A stretch of 64,000 bases of DNA, from assembly GCA_038087875.1 (NCBI GenBank), contig CM075991.1, positions 13,206,001-13,270,000 of the forward strand. Direction: 5' to 3'. The stretch comes from Malacoraja senta (taxonomy: Eukaryota). The translations under genes were made by a program, and so were the position numbers. Under the pieces are notes generated by a model. The model was not told the origin of the DNA and searched no databases. It saw nothing but the letters and a program-made list of their open reading frames with translations. Every line of letters begins with the position of its first letter. Position 1 is the first letter of the stretch. Below, piece by piece: positions 48,300-62,283 of the stretch.

Positions 48300-51200
48300 T
48301 TAACGTTCTCTGAGAGTTGTACCTGCCTGGGGGCAGAATGTTGGCATATATGACATGAGATGATATATATGAATTGCCACATGAGAGAGAACAAATATTA
48401 GACTGCTTTTCTTGAGAAAGGGATGATCAAGAGGTGACTCGGGTCATTCACTCTGGCAATTAATTCAACAACCAGAATTCTTCATTTCCCCTCCAACCGT
48501 CTCCTTATTTCTTTGTCTACTCCGCACTCTCTGTTTTAACCCTTCTACAAGGGAAATAACTTTCACTGTTCCAAATCTCTGCAATCTTTAAGTCCCAGTA
48601 ACATCCTCGTTAATCTCTGCCGCAGAGCTTTCACATTTCCCTGACCATTTGGTGATATTTCAGCATAATTTCCTAGATCCTATTTTTATGCCTTGTCTAA
48701 TAAAAGAAAGCCACCTGTGTGTGGGAAGAAGCCGCAGATGCTGGTTTAAACCAAAGATGGACACACATTGCTGGAGTAACTCAGCAGGACAAGCAGCCTC
48801 TCTGGAGAGAGGGAATGGGTGATATTTCAAGTCAAGACTCTTCTTTGGTCCGAAATGTCACCCATTCATTCTCTCCAGAGAAGCTGCCTGTCCCGCTGAG
48901 TTACTGCTACATTTTGTGTCTAAAGCCATCTGTGTGCCTTTTTAACCACTTATAGACCTGTCCTGCAACCATTAAGTATCTGTGGGCAAGTCCATATCTG
49001 TTCCTCTGCACCTCCTGATATCTCTTTATTGTACCTCCCCAAATGCATTATTTCACACTTTACAGTCGTACAGTTAGGAAACAGGCCTTTCTTTGGGATG
49101 TGTATAGATGAGTATTCAATGCCGTGTCGATGCATGGCATTGAATACCCATCTATACGCAGCCCGTGGCATCTCTGCTTATTGCAGCTCGATTACATGGC
49201 TTGATCCAGGCCACTAAATTCACCAGAAATTCTAAACTTCTTGGCCGAGGAGGAGTTCATTTCTTAATGTGAACAACGGACAGGTCTTCCTATACCGGTC
49301 GGTTCCTTATTTCGGTTTAAAAAGATTCCACCCATGAAACATGTCAATCCACATTGTGTTCTCTAAGATAACTGTTAATTTTTATTTTGTGGTTTATCTT
49401 TGGTTGAGGAGAAGAAAATCAATGGAGCCTGCCATTATAGATGAGCATAAGAGAGTGAAATTAGGATAGGAAAGTGTTTCGGAAGGATGCTGTTTGCAAA
49501 TTAATCTAATTAAATGAAAGTTTTACTATGTCCCAGATGCAGTTAACACTTTGCTCAAGCCAGGCGTTACAGAATCTGTCAGATGCTGCAGGAGATTTAG
49601 TACATTATTAATGTGGTAATTGGAAGTAACTTCCTATTCAATGGTAAAAGTAACTGAAAAACAATCCCATTTTGTGAAAAGATTGAGAATAAGAACATAG
49701 AATAGCTGTGACCATTCAGCCCATCAAGTCTATGCCAGCTCCTAGCAGCGTAATCCCATTAGTTCTGTGAATCACTTGTTCCTCGCGGCTTTGCACATCC
49801 ATTCGTGCATTTGTTTTACCCACAATGTTAATTCTGCATCCCAAGTCCTCAAGCCATCCACAAGTAGGAACAGCTTCTCTCTATCTCCCCTCTCCAAACC
49901 TGTCATGATCTAGTCCACTTCCATCCAATGTCCAAGGTGGATCATGTTCCATCCAATGTCCCCTCAACCTTTGCTCCAAGAACAGTTGCAACTCCAATCT
50001 ATCCAAGCAGCTGAAATCCTTCATCCCTCGAATCATTCCAGTAAATCGTTTCTGCACAATTGACAAGCCCCACAGTTGTGCCGACCAGTGTTGGCCACAA
50101 TACTCCAGTTGAGGCCCTGCCAGTGTTTTGAACAGGTTCAATATTGCCTCACAATGCACAAATAGTTTTTGTGCTCTGTACTTCTGCTTACGAATGCCAT
50201 GATCCATTTACCTGCCGTGTTCAAGGGGCACCTGTATGAGTGGATGCCATCAGACTCCACTGAAGCTCATTACGGAAGATTTGTCCATGATTTCTAGCTG
50301 GAGAAGTACAAGCAGTAACTGACTCTGATTAAATAAATATTGATTCGTGCTAATTATACTGAGAATCCAACAGCCTTTTCTATACTGTTTCCTCTTCCAA
50401 GTCTTGAAATAAACCACAATTGTCAGTCTGATAACCTCCATACATATTAAATGCAAGATAATTCACCACACAGGAACTGCAGGATTGCAAACACAAAACC
50501 GAAACTGTCGCACAAACATAAAAACTACAGATGGGTATTCCTGAGAGTCATTTTTGAGACTATTTCTGGTGTGGGAAATCTCACATGCCTACAAATTAAA
50601 TGAAAACGTTTTTAAAATCTAAACGTGATTTTATTTGTCAACCCAAATACTCAGTGTTCATTAGTTCATAGTCCTTGCCAATGGTGCCCTGTGTAAGCAT
50701 TCTCAGCTCGTCACTCAGTGCAACATAACATAGGTCTGATCTTCAGGTGGGCCATGATCACCTCTTTCTCAGCCTCAGTGCCAGTCAAACATCTGTTGGA
50801 GCTCCCTTTAGGCTGCCTTGTCAAACTGACAGGGACAGCTATGGATTAGACCATGTAATTAATTCACAGACCAAGTAAAGACTCAATGGTTGATTGTTTT
50901 CCCCTTTCAAATAAACATTCTAAGTACAGTTCAGCCGATCGCAATGGTCTACCCTTTCCACACTGTCCCTGATACTTGATCCAACTTCCTACGGTGCTTA
51001 TAACTTCACTACCGCCTGTGGCTACATGCCACACTCCGTACACTTGCTGTGTAGAAACATTCTCCTTATCTCACTTCTGGCTCTTTTGCCAATTCCCTTT
51101 ACTCTGCGGTTCTTGGACCGTCCACCTTGTCTATACCTTTCCTCTATTTAAACTCCTCCATCAGACCCCTTAATTCCCTCCTGGTCCAAGATGCAGAACA

Positions 51201-52590
51201 ATCATTCCTCCACTTTATCCACATCGCTGGAATCCTGCTACCTCATCAGGTACGCCAGAGCAGGTACAGCCTTAGACACAGAATGAGGCTCTCCCCATGA
51301 CATCATCCTATTCGTCATTAAGCTGCCATCCCACAGCAACATTAGCTGAAACCACAATGGTAGTTTGGCCAGTACCCCAATGACAACTAACTCTACCTCA
51401 CCACATAGTTTGCTAACCCCTGAGTGGATGAGTGGAAATTTCTTCCCACATAAATATTGGAAAGGCTGAAAATAAGTCCCCCTTGCATCCTCTCCAGTAT
51501 AATTGCACCTTTCTTGTAATGCAGCAACCAGCTGGGTACCGACTTTATTGGCCTGTCCTGCTACCCTTGAAGTTATCTGGATATTTGCACCCTCTGTTCC
51601 TCCAACCACTCCATATCCCCCCCATTTATTATACATTCCCTAACCACGTTGTTCCTTCCAAATGTACAGTGCCCTCCATAATGTTTGGGACAAAGACCCA
51701 TCATTTATTTATTTGCCTCTGTACTCCACAATTTTGGTTAAAGTGCACATTGTCAGATTTTATTAAAGGGTATTTTTATACATTTTGGTTTCACCATGTA
51801 GAAATGACAGCTGTGTTTATACATAGTCCCCCCATTTCAGGGGAGTGGGTGCAGAGGGTGTGGGTATGTGCGGGGTGGGGAGAGGGGAGTAGGTGCAGCC
51901 TTGCATTGAAGCAGGCAGCTCCACACTGCTTGTGGCACAAGCTGGTTCAGCAGCAACCCTTGATACCAGCATTTTCCTCCTGAATCTCTGCTCATCATCG
52001 CACCCGTTATCCTCATCAGTCCCCATGCTTCCGATAGTTGGAAAAAGTCTCAGAAAACGTCCTGGAGAAACCTCAGATAAAAATGCTGAGAACTGAAAAC
52101 ATGAACTGAGGAATTTTATTGAATGCCTAAAAGCCACTCCTTTCTGTTAATGTTTAGCTGATAAGATTGAACTCTGACTTGCAAACAATCCTTACAGCTC
52201 CTGGTCCGTGAATCTCATTCATTCATCCAACTCCTGGGCCAACTTGGCATAGAGTTAATAGACTGGTTCTAAAACCAGGCAACGCAAGGGAGTGGAGAGG
52301 AGCAGGTACAGAGGTGCCACACTCCGTTGCCTCTCTCTAATACTGCCCATGGCTAGCTGATGCCCGTACAGCAGGAGCCCTGTGAATGAAAATACCAAGA
52401 AAGAAGCAGGTGATAAAAATGTTTTATATATGTGATAGAAGCACATAGGGCCATTTGGCCCATCAAGCTTACTGTGCCATTCAATCATGGCTGATCTATC
52501 TCTCCCTCCTAACCCCGTTCTCCTGCCTTCTCCCCATAACCCCTGACACCCGTACTAATCAAGAATCTATGTATCTCTGCCTTAAAAATA

Positions 52591-53355
52591 CAGTGCCCTC
52601 CATAATGTTTGGGACAAAGACCCATCATTTATTTATTTGTCTCTGTACTCCACAATTTGAGATTTGTAATAGTAAAAATCGCATGTGGTTAAAGTGCACC
52701 TTGTTTAATTTTAATAAAGGCCATTTTTATACATTTTGGTTTCACCATACATAAATGACAGCAGTGTTTATACATAGTCCCCCCATTTCAGGTTTGAGAC
52801 ACAGCAATGTCATGTAAATGAAAGTAGTCATGTTTAGTATTTTGTTACATAAATTTGCATGCAATGACAGCTTGAAGTCTGCGATTCATGGGCATCACCA
52901 GTTGCTGGATGTCTTCTCTGGTGATGCTCTGCCAGGCCTATATTGTCTTGCTGTAGAATGAGTTTTGAGGCATTTGTTTGAACTTGAGCAGATAAGATGT
53001 GTCATACACTTCAGAATTCATTATGCTACTACCATCAGGTGATGGAAAGACTAGGTGCTGAGAGCTCTCTTATACCTGTATTAAGGAGGCATTTAAACAC
53101 ACCTGAGCAATAACAAACACCTGTGAAGCCATGTGTCCCAAACATTACGGTGCCCTGAAATGGGGGGACTATGTATAAATACGGCTGTAATTTCTACATG
53201 GTGAAATTAAAATGTATAAAAATAGTCTTTAATAAAATCTGACAATGTGCACTTTAACCACGTGCGATTTTTTTAATTACAAATCTCAAATTGTGGAGTA
53301 GAGAGGCAAATAAATAAATGATGTGTCTTTGCCCCAAACATTATGGAGGGCACTG
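52591..53355 (-). mobile_element. Internally deleted Tc1 with both TIRs, nested in a CR1 3' fragment; solo TIRs also at ~51667-51841 and ~54877-55051
   Basis: ta|cagtgccctccataatg...cattatggagggcactg|ta. The internal pieces are reverse complements of parts of 38298-39787. Confidence 0.9.
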
Positions 53356-56300
53356 TATCCATTGACTTGGCCTCCACAGCCTGTAACAATGATAGGTCAG
53401 CAGATGAAGAATTTCACCGGTTAACGGATGTAGAGAATGTGAGGGATGTTGCTATGAGAGAGACAGCAAACGCTCAAAATGTACTCCAGGTCAGGAGGCT
53501 GATCCCTCTGGACTCAGGGAATAGGCTGGCTGTGGGAACAGAGGGAACTTTCTTTAGCAACGGGAAGAAGCAGTCGGCTGCTGTCAGGATTGCAGTGTCG
53601 TCAGAAATCTGCAGCAGCTGTCACATGCACTGCAGTTGTGACAAGCCTTGATGAGAATCAAAGAATGTAAAGACGAGGGAAGGGCGGAAATTGCAAAGTC
53701 TCTGAGCATTGTTTTCCAATGCTCCCTGGCTGCAGGAGCGGAAAGCTGCTAGTGAGGAAGAGATAAACTGATAATGACAGTGGCAGGCATTCTGTTGGAA
53801 TCCATTCGGAGGTTTTTATAAATCATTGTGTAGAAAGGCACACATTGATCAGGGAGAATCAGCAAGGATTTGTTAGAGGGAGGTATTTGGATTAAACGCT
53901 CCCATAATGACTGTACCACCACTGCTAGGCACACCTCCAATTTCTTGATGTATACCGTGCCCAATATTACAGCTACTATTTAGTTGACTATAAATAGCTC
54001 CTACCAATGCCTTTGCCCTTTGTTCCTTGGCCAAAACTGATTCTAATTCTACATCATTATCATTGACAAGCTAAGATCATTCCTCACCATTACACTGATG
54101 ATTCCTTACAGCACAGAGGGAAGGAGAGATCATATCCCTGGCAGTTTTCTGTGGAGAATCCCGATTAGCCGGTGGTGGGCGGCATAGTGGCAAAGCAGTA
54201 AAGTTGCTGCCTCACAACGCCAGAGACCCAGGTATGATCCTGACTACGGGTGCTGTCCGTGCGGAGTTTGTACGTTCTCCCCGTAACCATGTGGGTTTTC
54301 CCCAGGTGCTCTGGTTTTTTCCCACATCCGAAGATGTACAGGTTTTTGGTTAATTGGTTAATCCAGGATATAGGATACGATAAAACTTATTCATCCCCGA
54401 AGGGAAATTGGTCTGCGACAGTTACAACAACTTGAAATTAAAAGTGAAAACAAAAATAAGACAAGCGACTGTTGGCTGGCTGCCGTGTGCACAGCGCCTT
54501 CACTGGAACGAACGCAGACTTATCCCCTGGGCAGAGGAACTAGAGTGCACCCCCACACCGGATCCCCCTTTCTTCTCCCACCGGTTCCCCATGCCAGGTC
54601 CCCATTGTCATTGTTCATCGACTGCGAAGCCCCACCGCCACCGAGGCTCCGGCTACTGCCGAGGCTCCCATCGCCGCCACCTAGGCTCTGAGGCTCCTTC
54701 GGCTCACAGGCCTCGCCACCCGGCTTCACCGCAGTCCCCTGGGAGGCCTATGGGGCAAGTTGGGCCTACCGGGGCTCGTTCCGGTCTTCGTTCTGGTCGT
54801 TCGGTGCGGTTGTTTGGCGGGTGGATCGGGCCCGTGTGGCTCCCCGGGACATCGGCTCCATTTCATTCGAGGCATACAGTGCCCTCCATAATGTTTGGGA
54901 CAAACACCCATCATTTATTTATTTGCCTCTGTACTCCACAATTTGAGATTTGTAATAGAAATAAATCACATGTGGTTAAAGTGCACATTGTCAGATTTTA
55001 TTAAAGGCCATTTTTATACATTTTGGTTTCACCATGTAGAAATTACAGCTGTTGCCATGAGCAAGTGGTTCAAGATGTGGTAGAGGCGGGGGAGGGAGAG
55101 GCTGGCAGATACAGGAGATGTGGTTCTGTAGAGAGTACGTATCATCTGCCTGTGGAAATAGTTAATTAGGGATTTCAAAATTGGACAGACACTTGAGGAA
55201 ATCTAATTTACAGGGCTCTGCAGAAAGAGTAGGGATCAAGGCTGAGGGGATTACAATGGGGAACAGTCTGTTGCAAACTTAGGCACTGGGTCATGGCTTG
55301 TACATGTGCATCATAAATACACAGGAAGGAAGTCGTCAGAATAATATGGCCTATATTGGTTGAGTGAATGGAGTTACTATGCTGCACTCTGGGAAGATCC
55401 AGTGGCCAAGGAAGTCAGAGCCCGTCTCTGGAGGGAGCGTTGTGCCTCTGCTGACTTTACCCAGTCAGAGTAACATTTCATGGCCAGAACTCTTCTCCCT
55501 GCCTGAGTACATCTTCAACGACAGACTTGTCTTTGACCATCTCCTCCAGGTCCTAATCAGCCTGAACGCCCAGTAGAAACACGGCCAAATTCTCAAGGCC
55601 ACAGGGAACGAGTAAGGGAATGGGTTTGTGCAATAAGGAGCTAACATGAACTTGGCAGGCCAAATGGCATCTCTTATTGCTTTGTAGAAAGAGGCTTTGC
55701 CTCACAGCTGTGCTGAAATCGCCAGTGATGGTGGCCGTATGTGCTGAGCCAACGTGTGTGGATTGTCGCATTAAACAACACAGGTGCTGGGTTTCTCCCC
55801 TTGCTGCCTGACCTGCTTTCCATGCGCTTTAGTGCACACGAGTATCAGATGTGCATTGACGTGATCCCTGCTTCAGGTGCTTGCAGGTAATGCATGTGCT
55901 TCATTTTGCCAAGGGAGTGCACGTTAGATTTTACACACAGCTCAGTTCCAGAGCATTTTAAAAATGCTACGTTGTTCAATCGTGAATTGACAGACTGTGC
56001 AGAAACGAGGTTAACAGAATTCAAGCACTCTGATCCACATCTCATACAAGATTCATTCATGTCGATTTGATTTCGCAACAAGTGAAACAGGATCACCTTA
56101 ATCAGGCAAAGGGGTAACGTTTTTGCATTGGCAGGGCTTTTTGATATATATTTCTCCTCTTTGCTGTCGATCCTTTGATTCGAGGGTGATCTCCACGAGG
56201 GTTGTGAAACATTGATCCTGAAACCACTACGTTGTTGTAGAGATACAGAGGTCCCCTGGCATGTAAGATGGCTACAGTCTGGAAAAGCTCCCTGTTCCTT

Positions 56301-57989
56301 ATTTACACAAAGTATCCTCTGCCAAAGTGCCCATTGTCCTGCTCCTCCCAGCTTGCTCACTGTTTCCGTTTCACTGGGTCTCTGCAGACCATCACATGAT
56401 CTCCAACCATGGGGGAGGTGTGAGTAGAAAGTAGTTGATGGTGATCAGGCATCTTCACGCAGGCAAGCGAGTCTCAGGATCAAAGTTTTCCCCCTGGTCA
56501 CGAGGGCTTCAATCAACCTACTGCTGTTGGTGCGGCCTCCACCACGTCCACCCATCTCTATCTCCCCCACCTGACTCATCTGCAATCACCCCCTCCCCTC
56601 CTGAATCTACCTATCCCTTGTCAGTTCTTGTCCCACCTCTTCCCCTCACCTCTCCCTCTACCAATCTCCCCTCTACTCAATCACTGAAGGGTCCACACGC
56701 AAAATATTGTCTGTCCATTTTCTTCCACAGATGTTGGCCCACTGTGTTCCTCCAGCACTTTGTGTTATGTTCAGGATTCGAGCACCTGCAGTCTCTTGTG
56801 TCCCTCTGGATACGCTGTCGGTTTCTAGCAATATTAGAAACAGCTCACACGAATCTCCCCAACCAATACCCTACGTATTGCTGACTATTTGCGTAATGTC
56901 AAATTCCTGCGATTATCTCCTTGTCATTCCCAGAACAGTGACAGTGTAGTGTAATCAGGACTTTGCACCGATCCGCCCCAAAACTTGCTGAATTCGTACT
57001 TTTCAAAAGCAGCCGAGGTGATTAAGTGTTGACTGTGATCATTTGCTCACTTTCTCCTTCAAGTTGCCAAACCGGACGACTGGGTTTGGTGCTGAGAATG
57101 AGCTGAAGGTGTACTTGGCAGCAGGAGTGCAATAAATCGGTAAGGAATTCAGAAGGTTGCATTCCTGAGGTCTGCACTCACCTCTCAGCAATATCTTTCA
57201 GATAAGGATACACCTTTGAATGGCTTTGTTGGGCAGGATCCAATGAGGCTTGGGAAGGAGTAAGAATTAATTACTGATTTTTGACCAGTTAACAGAAAGT
57301 TGAGAAGGCTAATGTGGTTGATGATGTGTTTGTGGACATACAAAAAGCATTTGTTGAAGTGCAAAACTGAAGCGCATTAGAAAGAATGGAAACCTGGATA
57401 TAGAATGGACTTGGAGACAGAAGGCTGCAACAAGGTGTATAGTTACTTATTGGAGGAAGATATGAGCCCACTCTCAGCACTCATCGTGGTCTGGGGTAAA
57501 TTAATTCCTGCACCATACCTCACACCACCTGCCTGCTTTCCTTGCTGCTCACTTTGAATAAAAGTATTTTTTTGCTTTGGCAATTGGCCTATATTTGTGC
57601 AAAGGAATAGCAGCATAGGTAGGCGATTGGGCAGCTCTGGGCCGTACGTTGTTAATGTGAAGCTTCTCTTGATGTTACTCAACAGTTTAGACCATGTCGT
57701 TATGACCAATGCATATCCCTTAATTATACTGTCATTTCACACTGCTGTTTTATGACCCAACCATCACAGACATTGTGGACTGAATGGTCTGTTCCTGTGC
57801 TGTATCATGTTGTTGCGTTCCACAAAAGCTGGTACTAAAGTTGCTGCTTCTTTCAATGTTTATATTAAGGACCTGGAGCTACTTCAAAGTTTGCAGATAA
57901 CACCAAGTATGGTTAGCAGTGCAGAAGATGGTGAATGAGGTCACAGGATAGGGAGCAGCTGGTAGTACGACAGACGTGTTACTCCTGCC

Positions 57990-60025
57990 AAGATGCTCTT
58001 GGCTTCACTACCAGAAGAGCTGGGAATGACCAGGATATTGAGGGGCTGTCAGGCGTATGAATAAGCTGATGGGCAGGTCGACAACCCCAGCACAGTGTCC
58101 CATTACTGCAAATTCCATCGCGTCGCTACTGCTGAGCAACGGCCGCTTCCCCAACGCAGACAAGGACTTCACCAGAACAACATCAGCGAGAGTCCACGGG
58201 CTGCACAGGGCCCCGAGCTGCGACTCCAACCTATCCCACGATTTCACAACACATGAAATCGAGCAGGCCATCCGACGGCTGAAAACCGGCAAGGCACCAG
58301 GCACCGACGGCATCCACCTGGAATACATAAAACACCAAGGCAAGAAGGCAAATGACTGGTTGTGCTCCTTCCTCTCCACGTGTTTCCGCTGCCTGAAGCA
58401 ACCAAAGATCTGGCGCCATGCCAATGTGATCGCTCTGCCGAAGCCAAACAAGCCTAGCGATGACCCCAAGGGATACCGACCCATCTCACTGCTGTGCGTT
58501 CCATACAAACTCCTGGAACGTCTCCTCCACACACGTCTCAATCCAGTGATCGACCCCCAGCTGCCTAAAGAACAGGCTGGCTTCCGAAGCGGTAGGTCAA
58601 CGGCGGACCAGGTGACCCTCCTGTGCCAAGACATAGAGGACAGCTTCCAGGCAGGGGAGAAGGCTGGCGCTGTCTTCTTGGACCTCACAGCTGCATATGA
58701 TACTGTCTGGCTGCGTGGACTACACTTGAAGCTTCTGGAAACCATCCCAGACAAGCACATGGTGAGCTTCATCATCGAGATGCTGAGCAACCGCAGCTTC
58801 AGGCTGTACACCAACAACGGGCAATGCAGCAGGGTGAGGAAACTTAAGAACGGCATCCCACAGGGCTCAGTGTTGGCACCAATGCTGTTCAATATCTACA
58901 TCCATGACCTGCCTGGAACCCAGTCAAAGAAGTATGGCTATGCTGATGACCTGGCCATCCTACTTAGTAAGCCATCCAGGGAAGCAGCAGAAGAGGGCCT
59001 CTCTGAAGACATGAACATCCTGTCTTCATACCTGAGGAACTGGCGCCTCAAGCTCAGCATGGGTAAGACAACATCTTCAATGTTCCACCTCAACAACAGG
59101 GAAGCGACCCGCGAGATGAATGTCATGGTGGATAACGCCCGATTACGGTCCCAGCCCGTCCCCACGTACCTCGGTGTGAAGCTCGACAGAACGTTGTCAT
59201 TCAAACAACACCTGGAAGGTGCCAAGGCAAAGACAAGCGCCCGTGCCGCACTGATACGCCGCCTAGCCGGCACCACATGGGGAGCCACGACAAAGACATT
59301 GCGCATGTCCACAGTGGCCCTGGTGTTCTCAGCCGCCGAGTACTGCGCCCCGGTCTGGTGCCGTAGCCCTCACGCCAAGAAGCTGGATGCTGCCCTCAAC
59401 AGCGCCTTGCGGACTGTCTCCGGATGCCTACGAGCCACCCCAGTAAACCAACTGCCCGTCCTCGCTGGCATCTCCCCAGCCAACATCAGACAAGAAGCAG
59501 CCACGCTGGCCCTCTCTCGAAAGGCACAGACCAGTGAATCCCATCTCCTCCATCAGATCGTCACAGAGACACCATGACGAGTGCGCCTCAAGTCACGGCA
59601 CCCCTTTGCCACGCAAGCGCAAGAGCTGCTCTGCACAACACCGGCTGACGCTTCTAAGGCTGCCTGGGTCAAGACGAGATGGAGAGACCAGTGGAAGTCA
59701 GCGGAACCATCTAGGCTACACCAGTACATCAATGACCCCAGGGACATCCCTGGCCAGGACCTGCCCCGAAAGCAATGGACAACCCTCAACCGCTTGAGGA
59801 CAGGCATCGGACGCTATGGAGTAGTGATGAAGAGGTAGGGCCTCGTGGACAGCGCCTCCTGCGAGTGTGGGGACCCAACACAGACAGTGGAGCACATAGT
59901 CACCAGTTGCCCCAAACACCGGCCACCGAATGGTGAACGAGGTCTGATTGACCTGGACGATGACACGTTGGCCCTTGCTCGCCTCAACGGAGCTGCAGGT
60001 CTAAAAGACACACAGAAGAAGAAGA
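57990..60025 (+). mobile_element. Ingi/Vingi-clade LINE, 5'-truncated
   Basis: RT ORF 58057-59577 (EQAGFRSGRS, FLDLTAAYDTVW, YGYADD, RRLAGTTWGA). C-terminal RLRTG and CECG..HIVTSCP with two in-frame stops. (GAA)n tail; no RNase H. Confidence 0.85.
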
Positions 60026-62283
60026 TGGGGATGATTAACCACAGATGTTAGGCATTTCAGGTTATAAGCCCATTCGTCCCACCAGTTTTGCAGGCACCTA
60101 AACACAGAGGTCCAACTGAAGACCTAGGAACTAAGGAAGGAGCACAGGAGGCTCAGAAACGTACTGTGAGCCATGATCCTTTTAGTTTAGTTTAGAGATA
60201 CAATGCGGAAACATGGCCTTCAGCGCACCGAGTCCACACTGACCAACAATCACCCATACACAAGCACTATCCTACACACTAGGGACAATGTACAGAAGCC
60301 AATTAACCTACAAACTTGCACGTCTTTGGGATTTGGAAGAAGATCTGAGCACTCGGAGAAAACCCACGTGGTCACGGGGAGAAAATCCATACAGACAATA
60401 CCCAAGGTCAGGATAGAACCAGGGTCTCTGGCGCCTCTGATTCCATCCCGCAACAACCTGTTCGGTCCAACCTTACCGCAATTCTTGACGAATTCAAAGG
60501 CATAACGAGGAGTCAGGAGCAAACGGTGGCTTGTCGACCATGACCTGGAAGCACATGGAAGGAGTGGACCTCCTCACAAACTACACACCCTGCCCCACCC
60601 GTGAGAGGCTGCCAGTCTTACATCATCTCACCAGCCACCTCTGACTCTACAGACCCAGAGGAAGCAAGCCAAGATGAGTTTATTGTCATCTTTACAAGGA
60701 CGGTGAGGTATTGGTACAATGAAAACCAATCCCAAGGGCTTGCCTTAAATGGACAATCTCATCAGCCTCAATTTTGAAAACCAGCCATTGATGAGGCTTT
60801 ACCTGAAAATCCACATAAAATCCATGTGCTCTCCATTTCCTTCTTTGTAACCTCATCAAATAATTTATTCAGAGAAATCAAACAGAATTTGCCTTTGACA
60901 AATCTCCGCTGGTTTTCCTTCATCAGCTGAAAATTCTTCATTAACATTTTCCCTCATTAATATTTCTAAACATTTCCTTACCATAAAGGTTAAACACTGT
61001 TGTGTTGTTGGTGAGCATGTCCTTACACTCCTTTTGAACAGGGGTATCATCTTTGCAAATCTCCTTTCCCATTGCATCTCCCCTGGACCTCGGGGAGAAG
61101 AGGAAGATGCTGGCAAACCATTCTGTAATCATCGTCCCTCCTCTCCCGGCAGCCCAGAATGAAAGGTGCCTGGACTGGGTACAATCCCGACCACTGGTGC
61201 TGTGTGGTGTTTGTACATTCTCCCTGTGACTGCTTTGGTTTCCCCAGCTGCTCCGCTTTCCTCCCACACCTCAAAGATATGTGGATTGGTAAGTTAATTG
61301 GCCGTTGTACAGAACTCTGAGTGTGTAAGGAAGTGGTAGAAACGGCCAATCAAAGTTCTGCAGGTAGAATAAAAAGTGGAATGAATGTAGGATTACTGTG
61401 TCTGAGTGGCTGCTGGTCAGCACACGTTCAGTGGGCTGAAGGGCCTGTTTCTATGTTTCATGACTCAATAATTCTATTTTCATTTATACCTTCCCTACTG
61501 CTGAGATTTTAGCAGCTTTGTCTTCCTTGCTAGCAGTCTATGCAAAGTACTAATCAAATATTTCACTCGTGTCTCCACCCAACTGCTGGCACCCATGTTG
61601 CAGTTAACTCTAGCTGCATGGATTTCCTCCATGACCCCTCCCTTTCCAATGAAAAGCATTCACCTTAATCAATGCTGCTGCAGCATCCACTTTCTTTCCT
61701 GCCCTATCTTTGGTGAACACTTTGTATCTTGTGATATCTGGTACCCAATACTTTACTGCTCCGAGCTACATCACAGCACGATGCTCCCATTTGTGCCTTC
61801 AGCTCCACACACTGTGTGTTAACGTGCTGCACTACCAGAGCTGGACATATTCCCTTTTAATGTGAATAAACCAGACATCCTCTTTAAGTATCGGCCACAC
61901 TCTCGCCAACAGTCCAGTTCAGAGGTTACACACCAGACATTGGATGTTATACTCCAGGTGTTGTCCTTTGAATATAGTACTCCTGCTTTTACATTGCCAC
62001 AATGCAAAGGAGTTGAATTATTTTGCTAAGTTAAAGGAACTGCAGGCACATTGCTGTGATTGGTGGAGGCCAGAGGATGACGTAATTGACCAATCCTAAA
62101 GCACAGCAGCCAGGTGTGGCAGGAACAGGTGACAAGGCTGTGACCGGACTTTTGGCCCTTTGCCTTTTCTCCTCCCCACCCCCAGCTGAAAAGTGATACC
62201 AGACGAAACCTATCGCAGCAAATGTATAAAGGTTGGGGGACTGTGTGATAGTTCACAACTCTGAGGAATTTTGAGGCTGAGAA

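Noticed and set aside
51432-55083. Several ORFs sharing TVPSIMFGTKTHHLFICLCTPQF
   Set aside because: These are translations of the non-coding Tc1 terminal inverted repeat, not a protein family.
55478-55552. Protein-like minus-strand stretch DLEEMVKDKSVVEDVLRQGEEFWP*
   Set aside because: Poor splice acceptor, no upstream exon identified, and not recognised.
55845-56360. 171-aa minus-strand ORF
   Set aside because: Non-ATG start, no domain similarity and unremarkable composition.
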